From Longimicrobiales bacterium (GTDB lineage: Bacteria; Gemmatimonadota; Gemmatimonadetes; Longimicrobiales; Gaopeijiaceae), in NCBI GenBank assembly GCA_965202985.1, contig CBDBCF010000001.1:2720001-2784000 (forward strand): 64,000 bases of DNA, in the 5' to 3' direction. A model generated the notes under the pieces. The model saw nothing but the letters and a program-made list of their open reading frames with translations. It made no database searches and had not been told where the DNA came from. Within the stretch, counting starts at the first letter, position 1, and every line of letters begins with the position of its first letter. The position numbers were made by a program, and so were the translations under genes. Positions 22,798 to 31,813 of the stretch are shown here, one piece after another.

Positions 22798-23655
22798 TCA
22801 AGGCTCCTCTGTCTCCGTGTCGTAGCGGACGTCCGTCAGGAACAGCCCCTGGGGCGGCGCCGGCCGGGAAGTCCGAAGCGACGAAGGTTTGTCGCCAAGA
22901 AGGATGCCCAGCTCCTCCGCGTCCCGCCGCCCCCTGGCCACGTCCACCATCGTGCCCACCAAGTATCGCACCATTCGGTGGAGGAAGCGGTTCGCCGAGA
23001 TGCGGAAGACGACGCCCAGCGCACCCTCGTCGGTTGCGTCCGGCTGTTCCGGCCCCTCGCGCGGTTCCCAACGCGCCCACCCGGCCGCAAGCACGCGGCA
23101 CGCCGTGCCCCGCTGGGGCTGGCCCGACTTGGCGAAGGCCCGAAAATCGCGGGTTCCGGTCAGGTGTCGGGCAGCGCTGGCGGCGGCCTCCAAGTCGAAG
23201 GGACGACAAAGGGGCCAGCACCAGCGCCGCCGAAACGGCGACGCCGCCCGGGGCGCGAGGCCGACGCGGTACTCGTAGCTGCGCGCCGTGGCTTGGCGGC
23301 GCGGGTCGAAGCCGGGCGCGACGGCCTCGGCTGCGCGCACCCAGATCGTCGGCGGCAAGGTGGCGTTCAGCGAGCGGGCGAGTTCGGCGGCCGTCCAGCG
23401 CTCGGGCATCGTCACCGCGGCCACCTGTCCCGTGGCGTGCACGCCCGAGTCCGTGCGCCCGGCGCCCGCCACCACCCGCCGCTCGCCCGTCAGCCGGCGC
23501 ACGATCCGCTCCAGCTCGCCCTGTACAGTGGGACCGCCGGGCTGCACCTGCCAGCCGCGAAACGCCGAGCCGTCGTACTCCAAGGTCAGCTTGAAGCGCG
23601 TCTCGCCCGCTGTCGTCCGCCGGCTCTCTTCCGGCCCGCCGTCTCCGCCGCCCAT
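22798..23655 (-). CDS. truA: tRNA pseudouridine(38-40) synthase
   Basis: YDGSAFRGWQ, AGRTDSGVHA, ANRFLHRMVR, APPQGLFL. Confidence 0.97.
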   Translation of the reverse strand: MGGGDGGPEESRRTTAGETRFKLTLEYDGSAFRGWQVQPGGPTVQGELERIVRRLTGERRVVAGAGRTDSGVHATGQVAAVTMPERWTAAELARSLNATLPPTIWVRAAEAVAPGFDPRRQATARSYEYRVGLAPRAASPFRRRWCWPLCRPFDLEAAASAARHLTGTRDFRAFAKSGQPQRGTACRVLAAGWARWEPREGPEQPDATDEGALGVVFRISANRFLHRMVRYLVGTMVDVARGRRDAEELGILLGDKPSSLRTSRPAPPQGLFLTDVRYDTETEEP

Positions 23656-23663
23656 GCAAGCGT

Positions 23664-25046
23664 CTACGCCAGCCGCGCCAGCACACCCAAGAGCCGGTCC
23701 ACGTCGGCGCGGTTGTTGAACATGGCGACGGCTGCCCGCAACAGCCGGCCGTCTTCCTGAAAGGTGACCGCCACGCCGTCGTCCGCCAGCGCCTGGGCCA
23801 GCGTCTCGGGGTCCAGACCGTGGTAGAAGCTGACGATCGGCGACGGGTTGTCGGGCGGCGTGAACGGCTGCATTCCCAGCTCCGCGACGCCCTGCCGGAG
23901 CCGACCCGACAGCGTCTGCGTATGCGCGGCCACGCGCTCAATCCCGACCTGGTCCAGGAACCTCAAGGCGGCGTCCATCGCCGTGGCCGGCCCGAACGCC
24001 GCGTTGGCGTACTCGAACTTCTCGGCGTTCGACTTCAAGCGGTACCGATGCCCGGGCAGCGTCGCCTCAACCTGCCGGTGGCCATGTCGGTCGGGCGTCA
24101 TCCACTCCAAGTGCTCGCGTCGAACGTAGAACGGCGCGCAGCCGAAGTCCGCGAAGAGCCACTTGTAGCCGTTTCCGCAGGCGAAGTCGACCGCCTCGTT
24201 GTGCAAGTCCACGGGAAACGTGCCCCACGCCTGGATCGCGTCCGCGTACAGGTAGCCGCCGTGGCCGTGCACAAGCTCCGCCAAGGCGGGCAGATCGTGG
24301 CGAAACCCGTTGCGGTTCGACACCCACGCCACGCTCAGCAAGCGCGTCCGGCGGTCGGTGCGCGCGGCGAAGTCGTCCACCGTCACTACGCCGTCCGTAG
24401 CCGGCACGATGCGCAGCTCCACGCCCCGCCGCCGTTCCAGCTCGCGGTAGAGCACGAAGGTGGTCACGAAGTGCAGCTCGTCCACGACCACGTTGTCGCC
24501 CGGCTTCCAGTCCAGCGCGCCCGCGATCACGTTCTCCGCTTCGCTAGTGGCGTACAGGAACGCCGTTTCGTCCTCTTCCGCGCCGAAGATGCGCGCAAAC
24601 GACGCGCGGGCGTTCTCTTGCGCCGCCCGCCAGCTGCCCGTGTCGCGGCAGAGCGACTTCTGCTCGGCGTAGTCGCGCAGGGCGTCGCGCACGGCAACGG
24701 GGAGCGGTCCGACGGAGGCCGTGTTGAGGTACGCCAGCTCGTCGGTGACCGGAAACTGGGCCCGGACGCGCAAGGGATCGTCGTCGAGGTCCGGCGGGGC
24801 AGCGCCTGTCGCCGAAGCGCCGATCGCCGAAGCGCCGGCCGCGCCCGGAAGCCCAACCGCAGCGGGAAGCCTGACCGCAGCCGGCAGCCCCACCGCGCCC
24901 GGCAAGCTTGCCAACCCCGCTGCCGCAGTCGTCTTGAGAAAGGTGCGCCGATCGCGACGCCCGTCGTTGCGCGGGTTCGCGCGCTCGCGACGGTGCGGGT
25001 CGCGGCGCGGGGGCTTGCGTGCGTCGCTCTTGTCGTGACGGCTCAT
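23664..25046 (-). CDS. Aminotransferase class V (PLP-dependent) with Tat signal
   Basis: DRRTFLK twin-arginine motif, YLNTASVGP, ADAIQAWG, GYKWL (PLP lysine). Confidence 0.88.
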   Translation of the reverse strand: MSRHDKSDARKPPRRDPHRRERANPRNDGRRDRRTFLKTTAAAGLASLPGAVGLPAAVRLPAAVGLPGAAGASAIGASATGAAPPDLDDDPLRVRAQFPVTDELAYLNTASVGPLPVAVRDALRDYAEQKSLCRDTGSWRAAQENARASFARIFGAEEDETAFLYATSEAENVIAGALDWKPGDNVVVDELHFVTTFVLYRELERRRGVELRIVPATDGVVTVDDFAARTDRRTRLLSVAWVSNRNGFRHDLPALAELVHGHGGYLYADAIQAWGTFPVDLHNEAVDFACGNGYKWLFADFGCAPFYVRREHLEWMTPDRHGHRQVEATLPGHRYRLKSNAEKFEYANAAFGPATAMDAALRFLDQVGIERVAAHTQTLSGRLRQGVAELGMQPFTPPDNPSPIVSFYHGLDPETLAQALADDGVAVTFQEDGRLLRAAVAMFNNRADVDRLLGVLARLA

Positions 25047-26029
25047 TCGCTCCTCGTTTCTCGTTGGTTCCTCTGCAGGTCGCTCACCAGCTTCCGAAGC
25101 CGGCGACGAAGCTCGGTGGCGTCGTAGGCGGAGATCGCGCCGACCGCTCCAGCCGACGCCGGGCCTTCGACTTGCGCTTCCAGCTTACCGCCTGCCGCGT
25201 TCACCGCAACGTGCGCCGTGTGCCCTCGGTAGCGCATGGTGCCGGCGCCCTTCGCTCGGACCTTGGATTCCCAGCGGGCGAGCTTGGGGTCCGGCTTCGT
25301 CCAGGACTCGAATTCGGGTGGCAGAATGCGCATCAGCGCCTCCGGCGACATGTGGTGCACGTCATAGGTACGCTCCAGCTGATCCAAGACCCGCAACAGG
25401 TGTCTCATGCCGCCGGGGCGACCCATGAATCCCCTCTTCTGCCGCGTGCCGACCGTGTACATGCGCAAGATCAAAGGCACAAGTCCCTCCGAGTTGAAGA
25501 TCCGCTGCGATCCCATCACGCGGTCGGCGATCGCGCCCTCCCTCTCCGGCGCTTGGTCAAGCAGGAACGCCGCGTCTTCGCCGTGCGTCTCGTACAGCTG
25601 CCAGGCGGATCGCAGATAGTGGCGATGCCGGTTTCGGCGGGACTGCGGATCGCGAGGGTCGATCACGAACGTCTCGTCTCGGCGCGCCAGCCTTGGCGAC
25701 CCGTTCGCCGCGCGCACCATGTCTTCGAAATAGAAGATGCCCAGCCACGACCAGAACGACGCCCGGTCGGCGACTTGTCGCTTGATCGGCGCCAGTCTGG
25801 GCGAAAAGTACTCGCCCACTTCCCGCCGGGTCGCAAAGGACCTGCGCGCAACCTTCGGGGCGTCCCTGAACGGCCGACTGAACTCGTTGCTTGCCAGCAG
25901 CTCCTGCGGCGGCGTCAAGTTCTGCGAAGGCTTGGTCCGGACTGCGTCTAGGAATCTGCGGGCGCGGGCGATTCCCCGGGCCGTGAGTTCGCGCGCGTCG
26001 ACCGCCGTCGGCTCTCCCGACGCCGTCAC
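25043..26029 (-). CDS. Hypothetical protein with C-terminal HicB-like segment (module gene 4)
   Basis: GTGA overlap with the upstream gene and ATGA overlap with the downstream gene; globular, aromatic-rich core (FWSWLGIFYF, QLERTYD, ILPPEF); tail MRYRGHTAHV...DATELRRRL resembles HicB N-termini. Confidence 0.7.
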   Translation of the reverse strand: MTASGEPTAVDARELTARGIARARRFLDAVRTKPSQNLTPPQELLASNEFSRPFRDAPKVARRSFATRREVGEYFSPRLAPIKRQVADRASFWSWLGIFYFEDMVRAANGSPRLARRDETFVIDPRDPQSRRNRHRHYLRSAWQLYETHGEDAAFLLDQAPEREGAIADRVMGSQRIFNSEGLVPLILRMYTVGTRQKRGFMGRPGGMRHLLRVLDQLERTYDVHHMSPEALMRILPPEFESWTKPDPKLARWESKVRAKGAGTMRYRGHTAHVAVNAAGGKLEAQVEGPASAGAVGAISAYDATELRRRLRKLVSDLQRNQRETRSE

Positions 26030-26805
26030 CGCTTGGTCCTGCGGTACGATTCCAGCGCCCGCGCCTTCTTGCGCGCGAACGCCGCCACCACGTCCTCGAT
26101 CCATCGGTCGGCCCGCGCGATCTGATCCTCCTGCGCGTTATAGTCGACGACCGGCGGCTCCTGCTCGGGCATCAGGTCGCGCGCCAAGTCGAACCACGCC
26201 TTCCACCTGCCCTCGGCGTCGTCGGGGCGCTCGCGCTCCACCAGCAACGCCCGCTCGAGCACGGAGCGCAGCACCTGCGGCGCGACCAGCGCCCGAAAGG
26301 CGGGGTCGTTGCGCGCGGTCTCGCTCAGGCCCGGCATCCGGCTGTTGACGCGCAGCACCGCCATGTCGTCGCCCATGCCGAAGTCCAGGCGCCAGACCTC
26401 GCTCCCCAAGTCCGAGGCCACCAACGGCAAGATCGACTCCGCCGGCAGCCGGGGCGACAGCCTGTCCGCCAAGCCCAGCAGCCGGCCCGAGGCGCCCGCT
26501 TCCACGACCGCGACCCGGAACCTGCACGTCTCGGGCACGTCTCGAAGCACGCGGGCGGATTCGGGCAGGCCTCCGGGGCGGCCCACCGTGCCCCAGCTCC
26601 ACCTTTGGAAGGCGCTGCCGCGCCAAGCCTCGACCCGAAGGCGCGCGTCCGGCGGAAACCCGTAGCCGCCCAGGTCGAGCCGCAGGTCGAAGCAGTGGTC
26701 GCCGTCCGGCTCCGCGACCCTGTCGCGCTTCAGGCGCCGCAGCGTGACCACGGCGTGCGAACGCTGAATCCGCTTGCGCCCGGTGCTGTTGAAGTGACGG
26801 ATCAT
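26026..26805 (-). CDS. Hypothetical protein (module gene 3)
   Basis: MIRHFNSTGRKRI...; ATG 26805 overlaps the upstream stop; protein-like composition (LGSEVWRLDF, LVAPQVLRSVL). Confidence 0.75.
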   Translation of the reverse strand: MIRHFNSTGRKRIQRSHAVVTLRRLKRDRVAEPDGDHCFDLRLDLGGYGFPPDARLRVEAWRGSAFQRWSWGTVGRPGGLPESARVLRDVPETCRFRVAVVEAGASGRLLGLADRLSPRLPAESILPLVASDLGSEVWRLDFGMGDDMAVLRVNSRMPGLSETARNDPAFRALVAPQVLRSVLERALLVERERPDDAEGRWKAWFDLARDLMPEQEPPVVDYNAQEDQIARADRWIEDVVAAFARKKARALESYRRTKR

Positions 26806-28790
26806 CGTTCGTCCTGCCCGGTCTCCGACGACCCGACCTCCGCGATCTCCACCAGCAGGTCGCGTTCGTCGAAGCCTGTGACCTTGAAGGCGAAGGCGGG
26901 GCCGTTCACGCGCACGCGAAGCTCGTTGTCCGACAGCACTTCGTAGGTGCAGTTCGCGTGCTCCACCGCCAGCCGGCCGTCGTGCAGCGAAAAGTCGGGG
27001 CAGCCCGCCCGCAGTCCGCTGGCGAAGCGAGAAAAGGCGCTGCGGGCCGTGCCCCGGGCAACGTCGTACGCCATCCGAACCGTCCACGTGCCGCCAGCTG
27101 CGTTCCCATTCGGCCCAGGGTCGAGCGTGAAGCCGCCCGACACCGGCCTTGCTCGCAGGCTCGACCGGCCGCCGGGCCCCTCTCCGTTCGATTCGCCCGA
27201 GCTGGCGTCGGGAGCTGGCGCGGGGCGCGTGGTCGTGGCCGAACTGCCCTTCTTCTTGGAGGGGAACAGGTCCGCGAAGACGTCCCGCTGCTTCTCTTCG
27301 GGCCGCACCGCCAGCTCCTGCAAGATCCGCTGCGCCGCCCGCTGCGCCTCGCGCACCCGCACGGCGGCGGCCGGCCAGCCCTTCTTCCTGAGCCGAGGCG
27401 CGGTGGGACTCCACCGCTCGTGAGCGGGACCCTCGGCGTCGCGCAGCAAGTGCCCCAGCGGGTTGCGGCTGGGCACGAACGTCAGCGCCCGCGCCCGAAA
27501 GCCCTCGATGTAGTCCATGCCCGGGATGTGCAGGTGGCCGCGCACGAAGAAGTCCTGGCCTCTGGACAGGTTGTCGTCCTTCTCCAAGTACACGCGAAAG
27601 CGCGCAAGCACGCCGCCGACCTTGGTCGTCACGCGGAACGCCAAGCGGTGGCCCCTTTCGTAGCGCGCCCGAAGCTGCTGCGCCTCCAAGGGAGAGAGCG
27701 CCGACTTGTTGCGGTTGCCGTCGGCGTCCACATGCTCCCGCTCCGTCGCAAGCCCCCACCTGGCCAGCTCGATCGCGCGCGCCAGCGCAGCAGGCTCCTC
27801 TTCGCCCTTGCTCGGCGCGCTGCCGCACTGGTGCACCTCGGCCGATATCGTCCGGGCATCCACGACCCGCGTCCGTGCGCCCGCCACCGCAATCTCCACC
27901 ACGAGGTTGCCGGCCACGATCGGCCAGAAGTACTGCGTGACCACCGCCCATGCCAGCTTGCCCGGGTCGGTCAGCTCATTCTCGGGGTGGAGCACCACTA
28001 CCGACGTGCCGCTCTCGCTGTCGCGAAGCCCGAAGTCGTCCACCGCCTGCCCCACGAACGCCCCTGCGCCGTGCCGGGAGTCCAAGGGCATCGGCAGCCA
28101 CCTCTCGTCGGGTTCTTCCGAAGCCGCCGCGAAGTAGCCGTAGTGCGAGTACTTGTTGTCCCCCATCTTGTGCAACTTGAGCATCGCCTGGCCCATGAGA
28201 AGGAGCCGCTCCTCGCCCTGGCGGCGGGTCACGCCAACGAAGGCGTTCAGCCGGGACGCGTCGGGGAAGACCCACTTGCCCAGTCCCCACGAGCCGCCGG
28301 CGTCTTGTCCCTTGGGCGAAATGCCGACGCTTCGGAACAGGCCCCAGAAGTCGTTGCCCTTGGCTTCGGGCTCGTTCGCTTCGACGTCTCCGCGCAGACC
28401 CGTCGTGCCGAAGTCCTGCACGACCAGAAACGGCATGGGCCTGTCGAAGAGCTCCTTGCGGGCCTCGAGTTCCTTCTTGCGTGGGCCGCGGGCGTTCTCT
28501 GCGTCCACGACCGCTTGAAAGTGCGGGCGAAGGCCGTCCAGGTACGCCGCCGCGCGCGGGGCGTCCAGTGCGCATTCCTTGCCGCTGACAGAGAAGCGCA
28601 CGCGCACCGGTCCGGCGTCGCGCCGTCCGTCCTTGATCCGCGCGTCCAGCGAGTTCTGCACCGACTCGCGCACGAAGCGCTTGGGCAGGTCCGTGCTGAA
28701 GAACTCGCCTTGGACCGGGTTCTCGTTGATCTCCGATGGCGACATGGCCCGGAAGCGCCAGCGGGGTGTGCGCCAGTCCCGAGCGTTCAA
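26802..28790 (-). CDS. GHKL (Bergerat-fold) ATPase-domain protein with uncharacterised C-terminus (module gene 2)
   Basis: All four GHKL motifs in order: RESVQNSLDA, QDFGTTG, GGSWGLGK, GTSV; TTG 28790 overlaps the upstream stop. Confidence 0.8.
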   Translation of the reverse strand: MNARDWRTPRWRFRAMSPSEINENPVQGEFFSTDLPKRFVRESVQNSLDARIKDGRRDAGPVRVRFSVSGKECALDAPRAAAYLDGLRPHFQAVVDAENARGPRKKELEARKELFDRPMPFLVVQDFGTTGLRGDVEANEPEAKGNDFWGLFRSVGISPKGQDAGGSWGLGKWVFPDASRLNAFVGVTRRQGEERLLLMGQAMLKLHKMGDNKYSHYGYFAAASEEPDERWLPMPLDSRHGAGAFVGQAVDDFGLRDSESGTSVVVLHPENELTDPGKLAWAVVTQYFWPIVAGNLVVEIAVAGARTRVVDARTISAEVHQCGSAPSKGEEEPAALARAIELARWGLATEREHVDADGNRNKSALSPLEAQQLRARYERGHRLAFRVTTKVGGVLARFRVYLEKDDNLSRGQDFFVRGHLHIPGMDYIEGFRARALTFVPSRNPLGHLLRDAEGPAHERWSPTAPRLRKKGWPAAAVRVREAQRAAQRILQELAVRPEEKQRDVFADLFPSKKKGSSATTTRPAPAPDASSGESNGEGPGGRSSLRARPVSGGFTLDPGPNGNAAGGTWTVRMAYDVARGTARSAFSRFASGLRAGCPDFSLHDGRLAVEHANCTYEVLSDNELRVRVNGPAFAFKVTGFDERDLLVEIAEVGSSETGQDER

Positions 28791-30162
28791 GCGTCTTCGT
28801 CCTGGGCGGGAGTGCCGCCGGCGCCGTCGCCGCTCAACTCCAGGTGCGCGGTGTGGGCCGGCAGCACCGTCGTGAAGTAGGTGCGCGTCTGGTCGAACTC
28901 GAAGCGGGGCGGGGGCGACCCGTTCTCGGCCATGGCGCCGCGGATCTTGCCGAGACCCATGAACCGGCCTTCCGCCAGTCCCAGCTCCTTCAGGAACTCG
29001 CCGATGCGCCGGTTCCGCGCCGGCACGTCCGGCATCGACGCGCCCTCTTCCATATGCGCCGCCTCAACGCCGGGCACCGGTCCCGGATAGCTGCTGATCG
29101 TCATCCGGTCGTGGTAGACGTGGACCTTGATCGGGTCGGGCGCGTCCGGTTCGTAGCTCCGATGATACGCGGCGTTGGCCAGAGCCTCGCGCACGGCGAC
29201 GGCGGGCCAGCGCCTCGTGCGCCGGGCTCGGGGCGTCCCGGACCGCTTCTCGACGCGAACCTCCGACAATGCGTCCAGCAAGTCCAGGCACCGGCGAAGC
29301 TGGTCGGCCAAGCCTCCGCGAAACGTATGTTCCACCAGCAGGTCGCCCCCAGGGCCGTTCGGGAACTGGGCCACTTCGACGAGCGCGCCCCGAAACCACT
29401 CGGACGGATCGCGCGAGAAGAAGAGCAGCCCCACGTTGCGCGGCGTCTCGTGGTCGTTGGCCCGAGCCGTGATGCGCATCCGGCGATAGACCTCCCTGGC
29501 GTCCGGCTCCGTCCGCAGCTCGCTGTCCACGTCGCGCAGGAACTCCCGGACCAAGCCCTCGCGCAGGTCGTCCAGCTTTGCGCCCAGGGCGCGCCGGTCG
29601 TCCCACGGAACCCGAGCCGTCTGGCGGACCAGCGCCGGGAGCAGCCCGGCGGCCTCGGCGTCCACGGTTTCGGCCCCAGTCGGATCCAGTACCGGCGCCG
29701 GTCGCCGCGACCGCTCGGGCCGCCTGCCGCCTGCCGCCCGCCGGCGGCTTGCGACTCGCCTGTCGCCTGCCGCCCGCCCGGCGCGCGATGGGGCCTGGCC
29801 TCGCTGGCCGGCGCCCAGATCACGAGCACGTTTCGCCCGTCCACGACCTCGGGCGACACCACAGGCTGGTACACGGGATCGATGCGGTTGCACTGGCCCC
29901 GGATCCACTTCGCCGCCGCTTGCATCTCGCCGTCGGACAGCCCCACGGGCGGGAAGACGGCGCGCCCGTCCTCTTCGGCCACGCCCACCACCACGTAGCC
30001 GCCGTTCAGGTGCAGGTGGTCGTTGGCGAAGGCGCAGATCGTCCGAAGCACCTGGAACCCGGTCGTCTCGGGGCACCAGCGCGCCTTGAACTCCAGTCGC
30101 GCGGATTCGGCTCGGCGGCCGCGCAGCAGGGCTTCCACGTTGACGGGGAGGAGCGGGCTCAT
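28787..30162 (-). pseudogene. Schlafen/AlbA_2 + HATPase_c_4 (RecG C-terminal-like) protein, split by a 1-nt frameshift (module gene 1)
   Basis: The N-half (ESARLEFK, ICAFAND, GGYVVVGV, RYWIRLG) is in one frame and the C-half (AETVDA, VPWDDR, RNVGLLFF, VREALANAAYHRSY, RNRRIGEFLKELGLAEG) in another; one extra G in the run at 29674-29677 restores a single ORF. Confidence 0.8.
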
Positions 30163-30417
30163 GAGGCCGAATTCTGCCCCTTCGGGCGGGCGGCGGCAAC
30201 AGCCTGGCATCGGTGCCCGGCAACGGCCGGCAGCCGCGTTCCAGCAACCGGCGATGCAAGCGCCCAGCCACGGTCGATGCCCGAGCACAGCAAAAACCGT
30301 TTGGCGGCCCCAGCGGTGCTTCCGTATCTTCTTGGCCCTCGGCGCCGAAGCGCAGCCCTCTCCGCATCAAGCGGCCAGCTCTCTCGCGCCGAGCACACGC
30401 CCTAGGAGGCGCAGCCC

Positions 30418-31734
30418 TTGCAAGCTCCCGAAACAGTGCAATCTGCCGAGCCCCTGCAGTCTGCCGAAACCTTGCAGTCTCCCGAAGCCGGCATCGGCCT
30501 GGTGGCGGACCTTCAGGGCTGGTGGAACGCCGTCGTCGATTACAGCGTGCCCAAGCTGCTGCCGACGGCGGCGATCCTGGTCGTCGCCTTTGTGGTTCGG
30601 TTCGTGGTGCTGAGGGCGCTGAACCGGATCGAGAAGCGCTGGGTGGCCCGCACCGAGACCGAGGTGGACGACAAGGTCCTCCAGTCGGTGCGCAAGGTGC
30701 TGCGTCTGTCGGTCGCGGCGTGGGTTCTGTGGTCGCTGGCCTACCAATGGTTCCCATCGGCGGTGGCCGGCGTGGCGCCTCGGCCTGCGCAGTGGATCGC
30801 CGCCGTCTGGATCGCCCTGGTCTTCGTGCCCGTCGGCAAGCTGGTGGGCGACGTGCTGGCCGTGATCAGCTCCCGCGTGGTCGAGCGCACCGACACGAGC
30901 CTGGACGAGACGGCGCTGCCCCTGCTGACCCGCTTCGTGCGGTTCATCTTGGTGGCCTTGGGCGTGGTGCTGGCGCTGGACCGGCTGGGCGTGAACATCG
31001 CGCCGTTGCTGGCCGGCGCCGGGGTCGGGGGACTGGCCGTGGGCTTGGCGGCCAAGGACTCCCTGTCGAACCTGATCGCCGGCGTGCTGCTCATCTTGGA
31101 CCGCCCGTTCAAGGTCGGCGACCGGATCGAGCTGTGGAGCGCCCCCCGGGAAACCGGCACATGGGGCGACGTGATCGAGATCGGCTTGCGCGCCACCCAC
31201 ATCCGCAACCCCGACAACCTGGTCGTGATCGTCCCCAACAACGAGATCATGCAGCGCGACATCGTGAACTACACGGCCCTGGGGACCGACATCCGGCTTC
31301 GCATTCCCTTCTCGGTGGCCTACGAGTCCGAGCTGGTGAAGGCCAAGAACATCCTTGTTGGGGTCACGGGCGAAGTGGAGGGCGTGAAGCCCGTGCCGGC
31401 GCCCGTCGTCATCGTGCGCGGCGGCGGTCCGTCCGAGGTGAACCTCGAGCTTCGCGTCTGGATTCTGGACGCCCGCCAGCGCCGCCGCATCGCCGACGAG
31501 ATCACCGAGAAGGCGTTTCTGGCGTTCGGCGACGCGGGCGTGCACATTCCCTATCCCAGGCGCGAGTTGTTCATCCGTCGCGAGGAGGAAGCGGCGCGCG
31601 ACGAAGAAGCCGCGGTGCGCGACAAGGCTGGAGCCCGCGGGAGGGCCGCTCCACGCGAAGAGGCCGCTGCACGCGAGAAAACGGCGGCGCGCGAGGAAGC
31701 AGCGGCACGCTCGGAACCGGCGGCTTCGGGCTGA
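30418..31734 (+). CDS. mscS: Small-conductance mechanosensitive channel family protein
   Basis: LLAGAGVGGLAVGLAAKD, DRPFKVGD, GDVIEIGLRAT, VPNN, IPYPRREL; AGGAGG before TTG 30418. Confidence 0.92.
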   Translation: MQAPETVQSAEPLQSAETLQSPEAGIGLVADLQGWWNAVVDYSVPKLLPTAAILVVAFVVRFVVLRALNRIEKRWVARTETEVDDKVLQSVRKVLRLSVAAWVLWSLAYQWFPSAVAGVAPRPAQWIAAVWIALVFVPVGKLVGDVLAVISSRVVERTDTSLDETALPLLTRFVRFILVALGVVLALDRLGVNIAPLLAGAGVGGLAVGLAAKDSLSNLIAGVLLILDRPFKVGDRIELWSAPRETGTWGDVIEIGLRATHIRNPDNLVVIVPNNEIMQRDIVNYTALGTDIRLRIPFSVAYESELVKAKNILVGVTGEVEGVKPVPAPVVIVRGGGPSEVNLELRVWILDARQRRRIADEITEKAFLAFGDAGVHIPYPRRELFIRREEEAARDEEAAVRDKAGARGRAAPREEAAAREKTAAREEAAARSEPAASG

Positions 31735-31813
31735 CGCCGGGCGGACCGGGGCATTTCGTGCTAATCTTGAATCTGATGTCGAACCGCCCACGGACCCCGC
31801 AACCAGGCTTCAC

